Source of the DNA: Microbotryum violaceum
Taxonomy: Eukaryota
Direction of reading: 5' to 3'
NCBI GenBank assembly: GCA_001244265.2
Contig: CDLV01000004.1
Location: 1,550,001 to 1,614,000, forward strand
DNA length: 64,000 nt
In this document: positions 25,389 through 38,386 of the stretch, one piece after another
Position numbering within the stretch: position 1 is the stretch's first letter
How the letters are laid out: the number at the start of each line of letters is the position of its first letter
Program-made: the position numbers and the translations under genes
Notes under the pieces: model-generated
Databases searched by the model: none
Told to the model about the DNA's origin: nothing
The model's input: the letters and a program-made list of their open reading frames with translations, nothing else

Positions 25389-26207
25389 TAGGGCTGGGTC
25401 ACTAATAGGTGACATTAGTGACGTGACATTAGTGACCAATTAGTTACCAATTAGTGACAGGGGGGTCCCAGAAATCATTGTCACTAATGTCACTAAGTAC
25501 CTAGGTAGGTACTAGGTACCGGTCTAGACCCGGTCTACTTGCTTGTACCTGATGGCGACCCTGGAATGTGAATGACAAGTCTGGAATATTATTTACGAAA
25601 ATACCGGGTCACGACTCCGGCCACGCGCCTCTTAAGTTTTGATATGCTTCTTAGCCGGACTGTAGTGGGCTGTGGGCCGTGGGCCGTGGCACGCCGGTGG
25701 CCCTGCAGGCTGCCGTCGACTGGTCGGCCGACGCGTACGCTCTTGACGCGATAGTCCTCGCTTTGCCTCATGCCTTTCTCCGATTCCGTTCTATCTCGAC
25801 TATCCGCGTCCCAATAATCGAACCTCAAAGTGACAACCATGATCGTAGCCGATGTCAACGACTTAGTTGCAGCAGAAAAACGATATTCCGAAGATTACGA
25901 ATTAGACCCCTTCCTCAAGGCCTCTGAGGCCATCTTCGCCCGCGACCAAGAGATCGTTTCCATTCAGTTACATTAGTGACCAAATATTGGACGTAGTTAC
26001 ATTACATTAGTGACCAAGGATTGGACTTAGTGACATTAGTGACCAAGGATTGGACTTAGTGACATTAGTGACCAAATATTGGTTAGTGACATTAGTGACA
26101 GGCGAAAATCTGGTGACATAAGTGACAGTGACAATAATAAGTGACCGAGGGTCCGACTTTTGTCACCTATTAGTTACAGGGCCAAAACAATTAGTGACCC
26201 AGCCCTA
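25389..26207. mobile_element. hAT-type MITE, 819 bp
   Basis: TIRs TAGGGCTGGGTCACTAAT / ATTAGTGACCCAGCCCTA. 8-bp TSD GAGCCCAT (25381-25388, 26208-26215). Many subterminal TTAGTGAC(A) repeats. Confidence 0.93.
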
Positions 26208-26453
26208 GAGCCCATCAGCAAAGCAAGGAAGGCATGTTTGATGCCTGGAGCCACGCGCGACACCAGGCCGACGCGACGCGCGCCGCAAGCCACTTTCGAT
26301 CGGCCGCCGCGCACCCGCAAACGCTCGAAACGCGTTTTCGAGGACTTTTGAGCGATTTTTGGAGCATGTAGAACACATTTTGATAATATTTCAGAGGCGC
26401 ATGTGAAATTTTGACATTTTGGGGCCAAAATAGGGTAAAAAACTTTGACAAAA

Positions 26454-29400
26454 CCAGTGGGAACCCGTAAAATAACGGGAGGATGAAAATTAAATAGCAG
26501 AATCGAACGATATACTGTACATGAACTAAGCAGATGTTACAGTGAGATTCAAATAGCAGGATTATTAAACGGTTTACATTATCTCAGGGAAGGTAAAACA
26601 CACAATACAAAGGACAGCATCAAAACTACTCTCCATTCATTGCCCTGAGAACAGCGCAGAATACTGGGTTTGGGGTCGCAGTGGCTGCGGCTGCCGCTCG
26701 ATCAACGGCTTGTAGGTCGTCGTCATCATCGGCGGGGTCTCGAGAAGGCAGTAGCACCTTGATTCGATCAACACTCATGGCTCGAGACAATGCCACATAC
26801 AGCTGCCCATGAGTGAAGACGGGATGTAGGGAGAGATCGACACCAACACGATCGAGTGATTGACCTTGGGCTTTGTTGATCGTCATGGCCAAGGCAACTC
26901 GAAGCGGGAACTGGAGCCGGCGCATAGTGAAACCAAGTTGGCGACTGCTAGTCGCATTTGTCTCAAGTCGCACGCGAGGGATGAAGACCGTGGTGCCCGC
27001 TCGATCTCCGGTCAAGATGATGGCTTGAATGACTCGCGATCTTGCGTGCGACACGATCAGGCGGGTACCGTTGCAGAGGCCCGCACCTGGGTCCAAATTG
27101 CGAAGAAGAACGACCGGGATCCCTTCCTTGAGACGCAAGTGATGCGCGGGGAAGTTGGATGGGTTGATTGAATGTAGATGCTCTGGCGAAATCAGTTCAG
27201 GGGCCATTCCACCCCCAGTTTCGCCTGCCTCAACGACCTCGTCTGCGCTGCGATACTCGATGTAGTCGCCATTGAACTCTTCCAGCAGCTTGGCATTGAT
27301 GCAATCGACCGTTGCGTTGTGCGGAGCTAGGATTGCCTGGCGTGAGAACAGCTGAATCAGGTCTTCGAGGGACTCCTTGTTCACGGTCCTTAAACCGGGG
27401 TAGACAAAGTTGATCAACCCTTCGGCCGTTCTTTGACCGTCCGGAAGCAGCAGGTAATCAGGCAGCTGCGAAACGGATAGAAGGGGTCTTAGTGTCGGTT
27501 GGTTGGGTAAAAGAGGGGAGCCAAACGTACTGCAATCTTGTCGTATGGGTGCATGTTGGCAGTTCCATCTCCCACGGTGAGTAGCCATTCCGCAAAGTCG
27601 CGCGTTCGAGCCAATTGAGCCTCGTCCATCGCATCAGCGTTCGAGCTGAGACGCATGTTCTCGGTAAGTCGCAAGACACGAACGTCGCGCCAGAACTCTG
27701 CCTTGATGAGGGATGCATCGACGATTTGACCGGGAGTTCCTTTGGGAACGACAGGAAGGCACTGGCGAAAGTCCCCTACAAATTGGAGACCTCGTTAGCA
27801 TGCCGCTGTTCAGAGCGGAGGCGGAAGAGCCCAACTGACCCGCAAAGATTGTTGTCACCCCGCCGAAGTGCTCCTCGGTCTCTCGGAGATCACGCAGTAG
27901 ACGGTCGACAGCTTCCACCGCGAATCGATGCGCCATTGGGGCTTCATCCCAAATGATGAGCTTGGTGGTACGCAGCATCAGCGCGAGATCACTCTCCCTG
28001 TCGACTGGACACGTCGAGGTTGGCAAGGTGTCGAGTGGGATTCGAAAAGTTGAATGCGCCGTGTGTCCTCCCTTGAGAAGCAACGCCGCTACTCCGGACG
28101 ACGCCACCGCAATCGCTTGGTCGCCTCGAGCTCGCACAGTATCGAGAAGGGCATTTTCCACAAAAGTCTTGCCAGTACCCCCAGGTGCTAGCAGGAAAAA
28201 CACATGCTGCGGCCCAAGGTTGTTGTCGCGCATCTGATTGACGACGTCGAGCTCGACCGCGCGAAGAAACTCGTCAAATGCAATTTGTTGGTCGTGATTC
28301 AGACGGGCACGCGCCGCTTCGGAATCTTGCGCACATTGCTGGCGATCAAAACGCGGAAGCCGTTCCTCGAGACGATCAAATAGCCGCACTTCGTCCTCGG
28401 TCAGCTCGGGAAGATCAAAGAAGGCCAAAGTTCGATCGTTTGCCGCAAGAAGGAGACGAATCTTGTTGAGCGTCCACAGGCGGATGGTTTGATCGTTGAT
28501 GGGCACGTCTTCATAGCGTTCGATGTGATAACGGGCATCGTCACTAAGGGAAGCGAAGTGACGATCCAGCAAAGCTGGCGGCTTGGCAACCGTCGCATGG
28601 ATAAGCATGAACACGAACAATCGGCGTAGTTGGTCACCGGTCTTAATCTGCGCAGCTTCCCCAAGACAGATGTGATGCTCACCATCGTCGGGGAGAAGTC
28701 CGCGAGCGGCGCAAGCCGCGCGGTACGAAGGATACACGGCGTCTTCAAACTTGAGCAGATCCGCAAACGACGTGGGACCCATGACAACCTCGAGGAGCAG
28801 TCTGAGGTAAAAGCGCTCCCCACTACGCAGTGAAACGGTGTAGATTCGGCCGGTGACATTGCGATCACAAACTCGGCGCTTCCAGCGCAGCTTCTCCTTA
28901 TTCCAGGAGTAGTAGCGGGGAACATTCGTGTACAGCAACGTGGCAGTAAGCTCGCCGTCAGGAGCCGCGGCGCACAGGTCGAAGAAGCCGGTCAATTTGG
29001 AGCGAGTGGGCGGAGTGTCGAGGGGTAGCGGTTCGTCGGGATTGATCTGCACAGATTGTTGATGCTCCAGATGGACCGGTAATCGATTGACAGGTGGCCA
29101 CACTCTACCGGTCGAGAATCCGAATAGGCGGTGGACCGCATCTGGAGCACTGATGTAGCGACCTTCGACGAACTCGTTGATCTCATCTCGAACCGGTTCC
29201 TCCTCGTGAGCCCCTTCACCGTTCGCTGCCCGCTCAACACGCGCCACAGCTCGGTCCGGACCTTTGTACACATACTTGAAGAGGTACTTGATCGCGCCGA
29301 TCGTCGTCACAGCCTCGACGTTGATATGCGCGTTGTAGTTGGCGGAGAGATAAGGCGTGTACGGCACGCAGTCACCATCGTTGTAGATGACACCCCCCTT

Positions 29401-32360
29401 GACGACGGCGTGGCGAAAGCGTCGGCGATACAATGGGTAGCCATCAGGGTGCATGCGGGTGGGGGTTCTGTTCGCGAGGAAAATGGCGCTTGCACCTCGG
29501 GTTACCGTACTTGTCCTTCTCCATGCAGGGCTAAGTCGAATTTCCGCCACACTTGCCATGCAGCATGTGCCTTGTGACGGTCTCGTGGAGATCAGGATAG
29601 CGCGAAGGATCGGGTATCTCGGCTGAGATCATCTTGTCGATTGCTTCCGTCGACAAAGGATGATCATCCGGAGCGAGGGTGATGAGGATATGGGCATGCG
29701 GCAGGCCCCGTTTTTGGTACTCGATGACGTGTGTATGCGTTAGAACGACGCCGAAACAGCCCGCACGTTGCTTGTTGCCAAAAACATCGTCGCAGAGTCG
29801 GTTCAACTTGGCTTGAAACACTCGTGCGATGAGATCCGGACAGTTGGTTGCTTGATCGTTCGGCCCGAGTGCAGCCTTGATTTCCGGCCATTCGGGTTGC
29901 ACGTCACCGTGATGAATAGCGAAGGCTTCCCATATTTGACGACGCACGCCATCACATCTCGGTAACGCTGTGTGACCTCCCGCGGGCTATTCTTGAACGT
30001 CGACCCCAATATCACCGAACGTCCGATTTGATCCGAGGTCAAACCGTTGGCAACGGCGTCGGTGATGCCCTGCGCCGCGGTGAGGCGCAAGTTTTCTTGA
30101 TGAAAGCGGATATAGTTAAGTCGATCGGTCTCCACTTGGGAGTATCCGTCGATTACAAACTCAAGGAAGAGACGCTGGGTGGCATGTGGGATTGAGAAGT
30201 AGGTGTCGCGTTCGTGCAAGTAGTATTCCAGATATTGAGAACGCGAGACTCGGGTTGATCCACCTCGACCCCTTTTGCTTGATCTTCGTCCTAGATTTTC
30301 GAACACCTCATGTCAGTCTCAGGGTGCGTCTCAACAGAGAGGTATGTGAGAATGAGCCGAAGATGCTTAGCTTACGTTCACCATCACCATTCTCATCGTC
30401 CTCCTCGTCATCTTCATCTTCATCGTCCTCCTCTTCGTCTTCTTCATCTGGACCAAGGCCGGCAAGTAGCTCGCGCAATTGGACACCATTGTCGATCTGC
30501 TCTCATTTTCTGGCGATGGGCGGCCCAGCTTGGTTGAAACCGCAAAGAGGAATGTTGGGGTGGAAGCCATCTTCCCCCGCGGGAAGAGTAGTGGGTACCG
30601 GAGAGGCATCGCAGACGGATGGAGCGAGCTAACGGTTTGGTACTTGGGCCGACCATCGGGACATCGATCACCGTGTACCTGGAGAATAAGGTCTTGCGGT
30701 CCACGATCTCCGGTGTTGGTGTCGGAATCGCAGATAAGCATCGCCATTTCCGTGCTTGACGTAGGAAGGTTGTGGGTGCGTCGGTCTCGGCCAGGTGGTA
30801 GACAGAGGCGCAGGACCCACTCTTTGGCTGTATCCCAACCCGCGCGGGCTTTGGCCGATGCGAACTCCCTCACAAAGCGATTGCCAGTGCGCAACATGGA
30901 CTCTAGCTTGGTCAGCGTTGAACTTTGTATGCGAGTCTCTGTGCTGTCGGGTCCTTGAAGTCGTGTGTTGGTGGCCTCGGCCGGGTCGATCAGCCATGTC
31001 TGGGCAAAGGCTGGGCGTTGATTCACGGCAGGGATCAGGGCACCGAGTCAATGATAGAGGCGGCCGAACACGCGAAACACGGGAGGTCCTAGAGTGCCCA
31101 CTTGGGTTTGGTCCCAGTGGGCAGCGAGCGAAGTAAAGGATAGTGCGTTGTTGTAAGACCGGGCATTCTCGCGGAATGCTTTAGCGTCTGTGTAGGTGCA
31201 TCACACAGTTCAGCATGTGGGCCATACTGCAGAGAGATGTTGTTGGGCGGAGCAACTGACCGCTATCCGAGCCTTCAAGAAGCTGCCGATACTCGAGATT
31301 GGGCTGGGGAGGGGGAGGTAGCCGCACCTTGCCCTGCGAGCAGCACGCGCCGAAGTGTCTGGTCGACTTGGACCTTTCGCACTCCCAGTGCCGAGCCTTA
31401 CAGTGGGTGCACACGGCCGTCTGGGGGCCGAGGTCGTCGCGGATCGAAACGTGGGGCTTGAGGGGTTTGAGCGCGATTCGAGCCCGGCGCACCCGCCTTT
31501 GCGGAGGTGGTGGTGGGGCGAGCCCAGCGTCGAGTTGGCCATCGCGCTAACCACGCTGTCCGTTCTGCACAGCTGCACGGCGGGCTCGTATACGTGTCGC
31601 AATGCCAAGATCGGTTGAATTGTTGTCATGACGCGCCGGGGGGCTGATTCTGTTGATCGGTGCGGGACGAAGAGGAGGGTCGAACCGCGGGGCGCCCAGC
31701 AGCGGGCGCTCGAGCAGGCCCATGGTACGCTGCCACCCTCGCGCCCAAGAACTTGGCGAGGTTGCGATGACCCTCCCTGGCGACCTTGGGACCGGGGCAT
31801 TACACAGTAGCGAAGGTTTGTTCTTGAATGAATGTCACTAAAATTAGATGAGAGTGTGAGGGAGAAAGGAAAGGTTCGAGGGAGTGGCACAGGATTATTT
31901 ACGTGGTTTGTTTTGTTGTTTAGCCCCTAATGCCGGTGATCGACTGCCGGACGGGCAATGACACGGCGGGCGCGCCGCATCACGTGACAAATGTTAGCCC
32001 TCGCCCCGCGCGTCAGCCGCCAGGCACCGGGCGGAGCTGTGCTGTAGAAGCAATGTCATGCAAAGCCACGCGCTTGCCGTCCATTAAATGCAATATAAGT
32101 GTAAGCATTGTTTGACGTCAACTGAAAAAGGAAAAAAAAAACTGGGAGCGCTGTAGCTTCGTTGGAACGGCGCGGAGAATACAAAAGTCACCACAGGGCT
32201 TGTACATGACTTCTGATCGGAACCCCGGCGCCACAGGCAGGTGCGGCAGACACAACAGTATGCTGGTGCATCCACCACAGGCGGCCCTCCGGGCCGCAAC
32301 CTAGTTAAAAACAGCGATTTTAGGTACATTCCTTAACTCACATTTTTATATATAGAGAGG
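26454..32360 (-). mobile_element. Near full-length Helitron (autonomous type, disrupted)
   Basis: 3' hairpin CCCGT-tatttt-ACGGG then CTGG|T at 26454. 5' end (CC)TCTCTATATATAAAAATG at about 32360. Inserted at A|T with no TSD. Confidence 0.88.
26626..31500 (-). pseudogene. Helitron RepHel: Zn finger, HUH Rep domain and Pif1 helicase, with introns and frameshifts
   Basis: CTHCKARHWECER..CCSQGKV; GKPSLFITVTCNP; IEYQKRGLPHAHIL; KYLFKYVYKG; PGGTGKT; IIWDEAPM; LCNGTRL; AMTINKAQGQS; HGQLYVALSR. Confidence 0.93.
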
Positions 32361-32752
32361 TAACAAAGGCCAAAAAAGGGCGTTTTTCCGCATGCGCCTC
32401 TGGCTGGGCTTTCTGGGGTCCTTGGTCACGCGACAGGACGTTGGCGATCAAAACGGTATTCAATACCGTTGATGCGGGAACGTGTATGATTCGTCTTGAT
32501 GGCATGTGAAGGGCGGTGTAAAGGTGGCCGCCGGAGACGTAAACAGTCCCAACTTGTAGCGCAGTGTTGACCGTGGTGTCAAAGAGCATGGTGATACTGG
32601 AATGAAGGTGGATAGTGAAAGGAAGTGCGGGGAAGTGATGAAGAGGAGAGAGAAAGAGAAACGGAAGTCGGAATTGAAGTTGTGGATGGTGGAGTCTTGG
32701 AATCAAAGGCGGAGTCCTGCCAGGAGTGGGTCACAATTCGACGAGCGCGTGA

Positions 32753-34277
32753 TCAATTGCAAGAGTTCCCTGGGGCGGGGCCGGCGGAAGCTTGATCGGA
32801 GTGTTCCCTGTTTCGGCCGCGGCGCTTTGCTGTTCCAGGAGTTATCCCCCCCTTTGAGAGCTGCGCTCCTGAGCGGCTTGAGACTCGCTGCGGGGCCGAT
32901 TTCGCGGCGCGAGGGTGCTGAATGTGGAATTGCTCAACGAGGTCGATGGCGTGATCAAGAATGTAGTCTCTAACCCATTGTGGATTTGTGTCTGAGAGAG
33001 GTCCACGCCATTGAACAAGATATTGGAGGACACCACTTCGAGAGCGAGAGTCGAGTATTGCCTCAATTTCGTGTTTGTCATTGCCGTCGATGATAGTGAC
33101 AGGAGGTGGTGGTCTGATGCGTCCTTCGATAGTTGATTCATGGTATTTCCACAAAAGCGAAACGTGTATGACGTTGTGGACGCGAAGGGAGGGCGGTAGT
33201 TCCAGGCGAAAAGCGGAGCGCCCAACAGGGCCAAGGATTTTGAAGGGTCCCAACCATTTGAAGTCAAGCTTCTTGGATTCGCGCACGGTTTCGATGTTCC
33301 CCGCACTTAGCCACACAAGGTCATCTCTCTTGAACTGGGGGTTCTTGTTCCTTGTCTTGTTATAGTTCCTTTTCATTTTGGATATCGTGGCAGCGAGGTC
33401 GTACCGCATAAGGGCATGCGTGTCTCGGAGCGTGTCGTAGTGGTTCGATGTGAATGTGTTTTGAGTTTTGCTGCTGTAGCTCGGAAGGGTGAGGTTGAGT
33501 GTAGGGTGATATCCGTAATTCGCGAAAAATGGGGTCTGTTTGGTGGACAAGTGTTTCATCGAATTGTAGGCAAATTGCGCGAGTGGGAGGAGATCTTCCC
33601 AGTCGCTCTGCCGATGGTTGGTGTAGAGACGGAGATATTGCTCAATAATTTGGTTGAGCCGTTCGGTTTGTCCGTCCGTTTGAGGGTGAAACGAAGTTGA
33701 AAGGTTGGTCTTGATGCGAGTGAGCTGGCAGAGACACTGCCAGAAGTCAGAAGTGAAGACCGAACCTCGGTCGGAAATGATGTCCTTAGGGAGTCCGTGA
33801 GAGGAGACAATGAAGCGGTAGAAGAGGTAGGCTATCACGAGTGCTGTAGCACCTTCTTCCTTGAAAGGAATGAAGTAGCCCATCTTGGTAAACGATCGAT
33901 GACGACGAAAATCGAATCGTTGCCTTGAACGATTTGGGTAGTTTGACATTGAAGTCCATGCCAATGGACTGCCAAGGGCCGTCGGGGATTGGTAGAGGTT
34001 GAAGGAGACCGTGGGGTCGGTCGCGACGAGTCTTGGACCGTTGGTATAGGTCGCATGTGGCGATGTAGTTGATGACGAATTGTTTGGCGTTTGGAAACCA
34101 GAACTCCCGCTTGATAAAGTCAAGTGTTTTCTCGATGCCGGGATGTCCTGCACTTGGTGCATCGTGGGTAGCTTTGAGGACGGCCAGTCGCGCTCGTGTA
34201 TCGTTGGGTACAAAAGGCTTGCCGTTACAGAGTGAGCAGTCTTTGTGGATCCCCCAACAATGGCGACCGAGTTTTCT
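32753..34277 (-). pseudogene. Ty3/gypsy chromovirus integrase plus chromodomain, 5' truncated
   Basis: [67 protein letters not shown]. One frameshift. Confidence 0.92.
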
Positions 34278-34282
34278 TGACG

Positions 34283-34770
34283 CATGCGGCAGGCATTTCT
34301 TGTTCCCATATTCGTTGCAGAGCTTCCACAACAACCACTTCGGATGTTGCGAGCTTGAGGTGGCGATGGGTAAGGTGTGAAGAGCAGGAGGGAGAAAGAT
34401 GGAGAAGCCTGCGCCTCAGTTTAAGCCGGACTAATAGAATGTCATGGAAGGCCGCAGAACGTCGTGGAGTGAAGCCCGAAGCAGAGGGTCATGTGCCAGG
34501 CTGCTTTGATGGGAAATGGAACCTCGACGAACGTGGACGGAACGGTCTGTCGCCACGTGGTTTGTCTCCCGTTCTCTGACGTTCTTTGACGTCGACGTGG
34601 TAGACGCGCAAAACAGTCTGCTTCGGGACACAGAGAGTCACGTGCTATTCAATGGAACCTCGGTGAACGTAGGCGAAACGGTCTGAAACAGCGTTAGCTA
34701 GCTGGGACGCTGGACCGAGAGCTGCCTATGACGTCACGCGATGTGGTTTGTCTTTGTCTCAGGACGTTTT
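34283..34770 (-). mobile_element. Non-autonomous Helitron copy B (5'-side fragment)
   Basis: Homologous to 1730-1880, 36165-36370 and 44197-44360. Confidence 0.75.
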
Positions 34771-34782
34771 ACTACCTCTTTA

Positions 34783-37070
34783 CTAGGTTCGGCGGCGCGC
34801 GGAGCGCGCCACCTCACACCGTAACCGTTGACCTGCAATGTGATGTACTTGGTTGCAACAGCTGCGGTACTGCTGAGTAACGGAAGCGTAGAGGTTGAAG
34901 TCGGGAGAGAAGCGTGCGACGACGATCAGATATACAGAGCCTTCATTCCATCACTGAACTCCTTTTTCGTTCTCTGGGAGCCCAATGATGGGCTCAGACC
35001 GTCGTCGAGACCCGCGTCGAGTGTGGAGCAACGCCATCTCGGTGAAGTTGAGACTCTGAAGATACTCGATCAAGAACAGTGATTCGTCTTCGTTTTCGAT
35101 CGAATCCGCGCTCTAGAACGCTTGAGCGTCACCCGGCAGCAGGTCGAGCCCCATGCCATTGATGTGATCCACCTGCGAATTTTTGGGCGCCAGTTTTGCT
35201 CGCTCTCGGAAGTATTCGACTTTTTCGCCTATCGACATATTGTCCAGTTCGAGCGCGGGGACGGGATAGACGTGTCTGATCAACCCGGAGCTGTTCCTCG
35301 TGGTCGCCGGCAGAAGCTCACGTGGGAACGCGAAAGTCTTCTGTTTCGTTCGCCGACCCGTCTCCAACTCCAAAGAGCCAATCTGCAAGCACTGTGCCTT
35401 TGCCTGTTCCGTTTCGGTCATGCGGTCTGCAGCGGCCAGAAGCCAGAAGACGCATTGTTGGTCTGCGATCGCACCGTGCCGTTGTTAGTATAGGGTCTAA
35501 AGGTCAGGCGAGAACTACTACTTACAGAGAGATCCCCGCAGAAGTCAGCATTCATGATGCGAGCATCGACGATTTGTGCAGGCGATGACTTGAGAATAAC
35601 GGGAAGGCATTGCTTCAGATCCCCTGTGATGTTACAGTCGAACCGGTCAGTTGGTCATGCTGCCCTGCGTTTTGCTTTTGAAAGTTTCGCACACACCTGC
35701 CAACACGACGGTCACTCCAACGAACGGAGCCGTTGAGGATCTGCCACGGATGGTGAGCCGCAATTCACGGAACCTGTTTTTTTTTTGCGTGATTCCTCCT
35801 TTAGAACTATCAGTATTCTTGCTGTTGTTCATTTGTAGCAATGTCAGTGAAGACTCACATTTAGTGTCCCAATGACCCGGCGGATCCTCAACCGTACGAA
35901 GTCAATCCTTCCGCTGTTTCACTGACGTGCAATGTCTGTTTCTCGTATCAGGTTTTCCGTCATATCTAAGACTGCACAGCCATGTCAAGGGATGACTCAC
36001 GTATGCAATGTCACCAGCCGACGGTGAAGAAACAACTCGAGGGTTGACACTCGAAGAGGACGTGTTGAAGGGAATTTCTGCTTGGTAGTAACCCATTAGC
36101 TTCTGAACAATCCCACACCAAGAGCACAGTTCATGAAGTTACTTACTCGAATTCGTAGCTATGTTGCATGCGGCAGCCATTTCTGTATCCCATATTCGTT
36201 GTAGAGCTTCCACGACGACCGCTTCGGATGTCGCGAGCTCGAGGTGGCGATGGGATGAGGTGCGATGGGCAAGGTGTGAAGAGCAGGAGGGAGAAAGATG
36301 GAGAAGCTTGCGCCTCAGTTTGAACCGGACTCATAGAATGTCGTGGAAGGCCGCGGAACGTCCTGGAGTGAAGGCCCGTGACACGCTGGCGGGGCCCCTA
36401 ACGGCGGCATTGGCGCACTGGCCGACGCTACCCGAGGTCTGGAACTGCTTCAAAGCGTGGAGGAACGAATCTCAAACTTGGAGGTGAAGAACTGCGGGCC
36501 CGTTGCACTTGCCGTGCGACATTGAGACTGCCTGCTGCCGGTGCAGTTGCCTTGACGAACAAGTTTGCGCGACGTCGTGTTGATCGGTTTCGCGCTGCTG
36601 CTTCTGGCGAAGGCGTCGTTGCCGCTGAGCTTCGGCGATTGTTCGAGGTTGCTGGCGGCGACGTCTGTGCGATTGTAGCGGGAGTCGGGAGGAGGAGGAT
36701 TGTGCGGAGGAGGAGGAAAGCGAGCAGCTGCCGACGTCTCTGCTGCCCCTCTGCTCTCCGTGAAGATTGTTGTACAGGAGACGGGACGTGAAAGCTTGCA
36801 GATGACTACTCGGCAGTGGCAGAACTGGATGGTTGAAGGGACTACGCTCGGATGTGGCAGGCACGCAAAACCGGTCGTCTGGGAAGCAGAGAACCATGTG
36901 CCAGGCTGCTTTGATGGGAAATGGAACCTCGACGAAGGTAGGCGAAGCGGTCTCGCCGATGCTGAAACAGCGCCAGCTAACTGAGACGCGCTGGACCGAG
37001 AGCTGCCGATGACGTCAAACCACGTGCTTTGTCTTTCGTTCTCTGACGTTCTTTGACGTTCTTTAGCCAC
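34783..37070 (-). mobile_element. Non-autonomous Helitron copy C with captured segments
   Basis: 3' hairpin plus CTAG|T at 34783. Shares blocks with copies A and D. Unique inserts at about 34830-35560 and 36375-36880. Confidence 0.8.
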
Positions 37071-37924
37071 ACAGATCCTTAACTCCTTAAAACTTAAAAC
37101 TTATCTTCTATCTACTAGGTTCGGCGGCGCGCTCCGCGCGCCACCTCACACTGAAAATCAGCAGTTATGTTGCACGGAACGCTATCGCTCAAGCCGTTCC
37201 CGTTGATGACGTCTTTGCTGACCTTGAGACCTCCAAGAGATCGCAGCGTTCATAGGCGGTGGATGCATTGGATGAAGTTGATCCTCCGGCAGTGGACGCA
37301 GTGCCAGCGCCATCGGTGACTGTGTGGCGGCTAGACATCGGTGTGCCCTAGATCTTCTGAAAGTAGACTGGTTCGTCAATGTTGATGCGGTAGACGCAGG
37401 GTTCGGCAAAGAACTGTGGGACCGGACTGGAACGCTCGAGCTCGAGCTTTTCCCGTTGACAACGTCTTTGCTGACCTAAGACCTTCGAGAGATCGCAGCG
37501 TTCACAGGCGGTGGATCCATTGGATGACAACATCCACCGGGACAGAGTGGACGTCGGGCGTTGGCTGGGGTGGAGATGATTGATTGATAGAATCATTTGC
37601 TGCCTTTCCCTGAGTCTCCGCACTTGATGTGCCCTAGATCCTCTGGAAGTAGAATGATTCGTCGATGTTGATGCGGTAGAGGCAGGGTTCGGCAAAGAAC
37701 TGTGTGGGACCGGACCGGAACGCTCTCGCTCAGGCCTTTCCCATTGACAATGTTGTTGCTGACCTTCAGACCTCCGAGACGTCGTGCAGCTATCAGTATT
37801 CTTGCTGTTGTCCATCTGTAGCAATGGCAGTGAAGACTCACATCTAGTGTTCCCATGACCCGGATTCTGCACCGTACGAAGTCAAGCCGCGGACGGATCC
37901 CCTGTGATGGTACAGTCCTACCGG

Positions 37925-38386
37925 TCAGTTAGTCATGCTGCCCTGCGCTGTGCTGTTGAAAGATTGGCACGCACCTGCCAACACGACGGTCAGTCCACCA
38001 AAACGAGCCGTTGAAGATCGCACATCTTGCAAAATCCTGTCCACCAGCTGGAAACATCGACGGTGTTGCATCGGTGCCTCGTCCCAGAGCTCGGCGAGCT
38101 GTCCTTGTTTCGGAACAGTGCACGTAGAGTCGTCGAAGATGTTGATCGGGATCTTGAACCGTGAATGTGCCGTTCTGCCTTTTGGCAGTAGCAGTGCAGC
38201 AATACTCGATGATGCAACGGCAAGAGCGTATGTTCCCTCTGACCGAATTCGAGCAAGGACCGTTTCTTCCAAGAACGTTTTGCGTGTCCCTCCCGGAGCA
38301 TCAACGAAATCGATGATTTGTGTGGGCGATGACTTGGGAATAACGGGAAGGCATTGCTTCGAATCCCCTGTGATGTTACAGTCCAA
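37925..38386 (-). pseudogene. Pif1-type Helitron helicase fragment
   Basis: FVDAPGGTRKTF..AVASSSIAALLLPKGRTAHSRFKIP..WDEAPM..FGGLTVVLAG. Confidence 0.9.

Larger units (their letters stand above)
24221..32422 (+). mobile_element. Non-autonomous Zisupton-like DNA transposon (~1.1 kb core) carrying three nested insertions
   Basis: Perfect 21-bp TIRs AGGACCCCAGAAAGCCCAGCC / GGCTGGGCTTTCTGGGGTCCT. 8-bp TSD TGGTCACG at 24213-24220 and 32423-32430. Confidence 0.92.
23606..32589 (-). pseudogene. Extra ORF of gypsy element (~257 codons), split by the 24221-32422 insertion
   Basis: 32589-32423 joined to 24212-23606 gives one 774-nt frame with two internal stops (TAA 24173-24175, TAG 23918-23920). Confidence 0.65.

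Noticed and set aside
25389-26207. TTAGTGAC repeats as a CRISPR-like array
   Set aside because: No unique spacers; they are subterminal repeats inside a TIR/TSD-defined hAT MITE in a eukaryote.
32835-32856. AAAGGGGGGGATA as the PPT of the gypsy at 32753-34277
   Set aside because: Not followed by a TG LTR start; the PPT plus TGTTACG at 23572-23585 fits better. It may be a relic.
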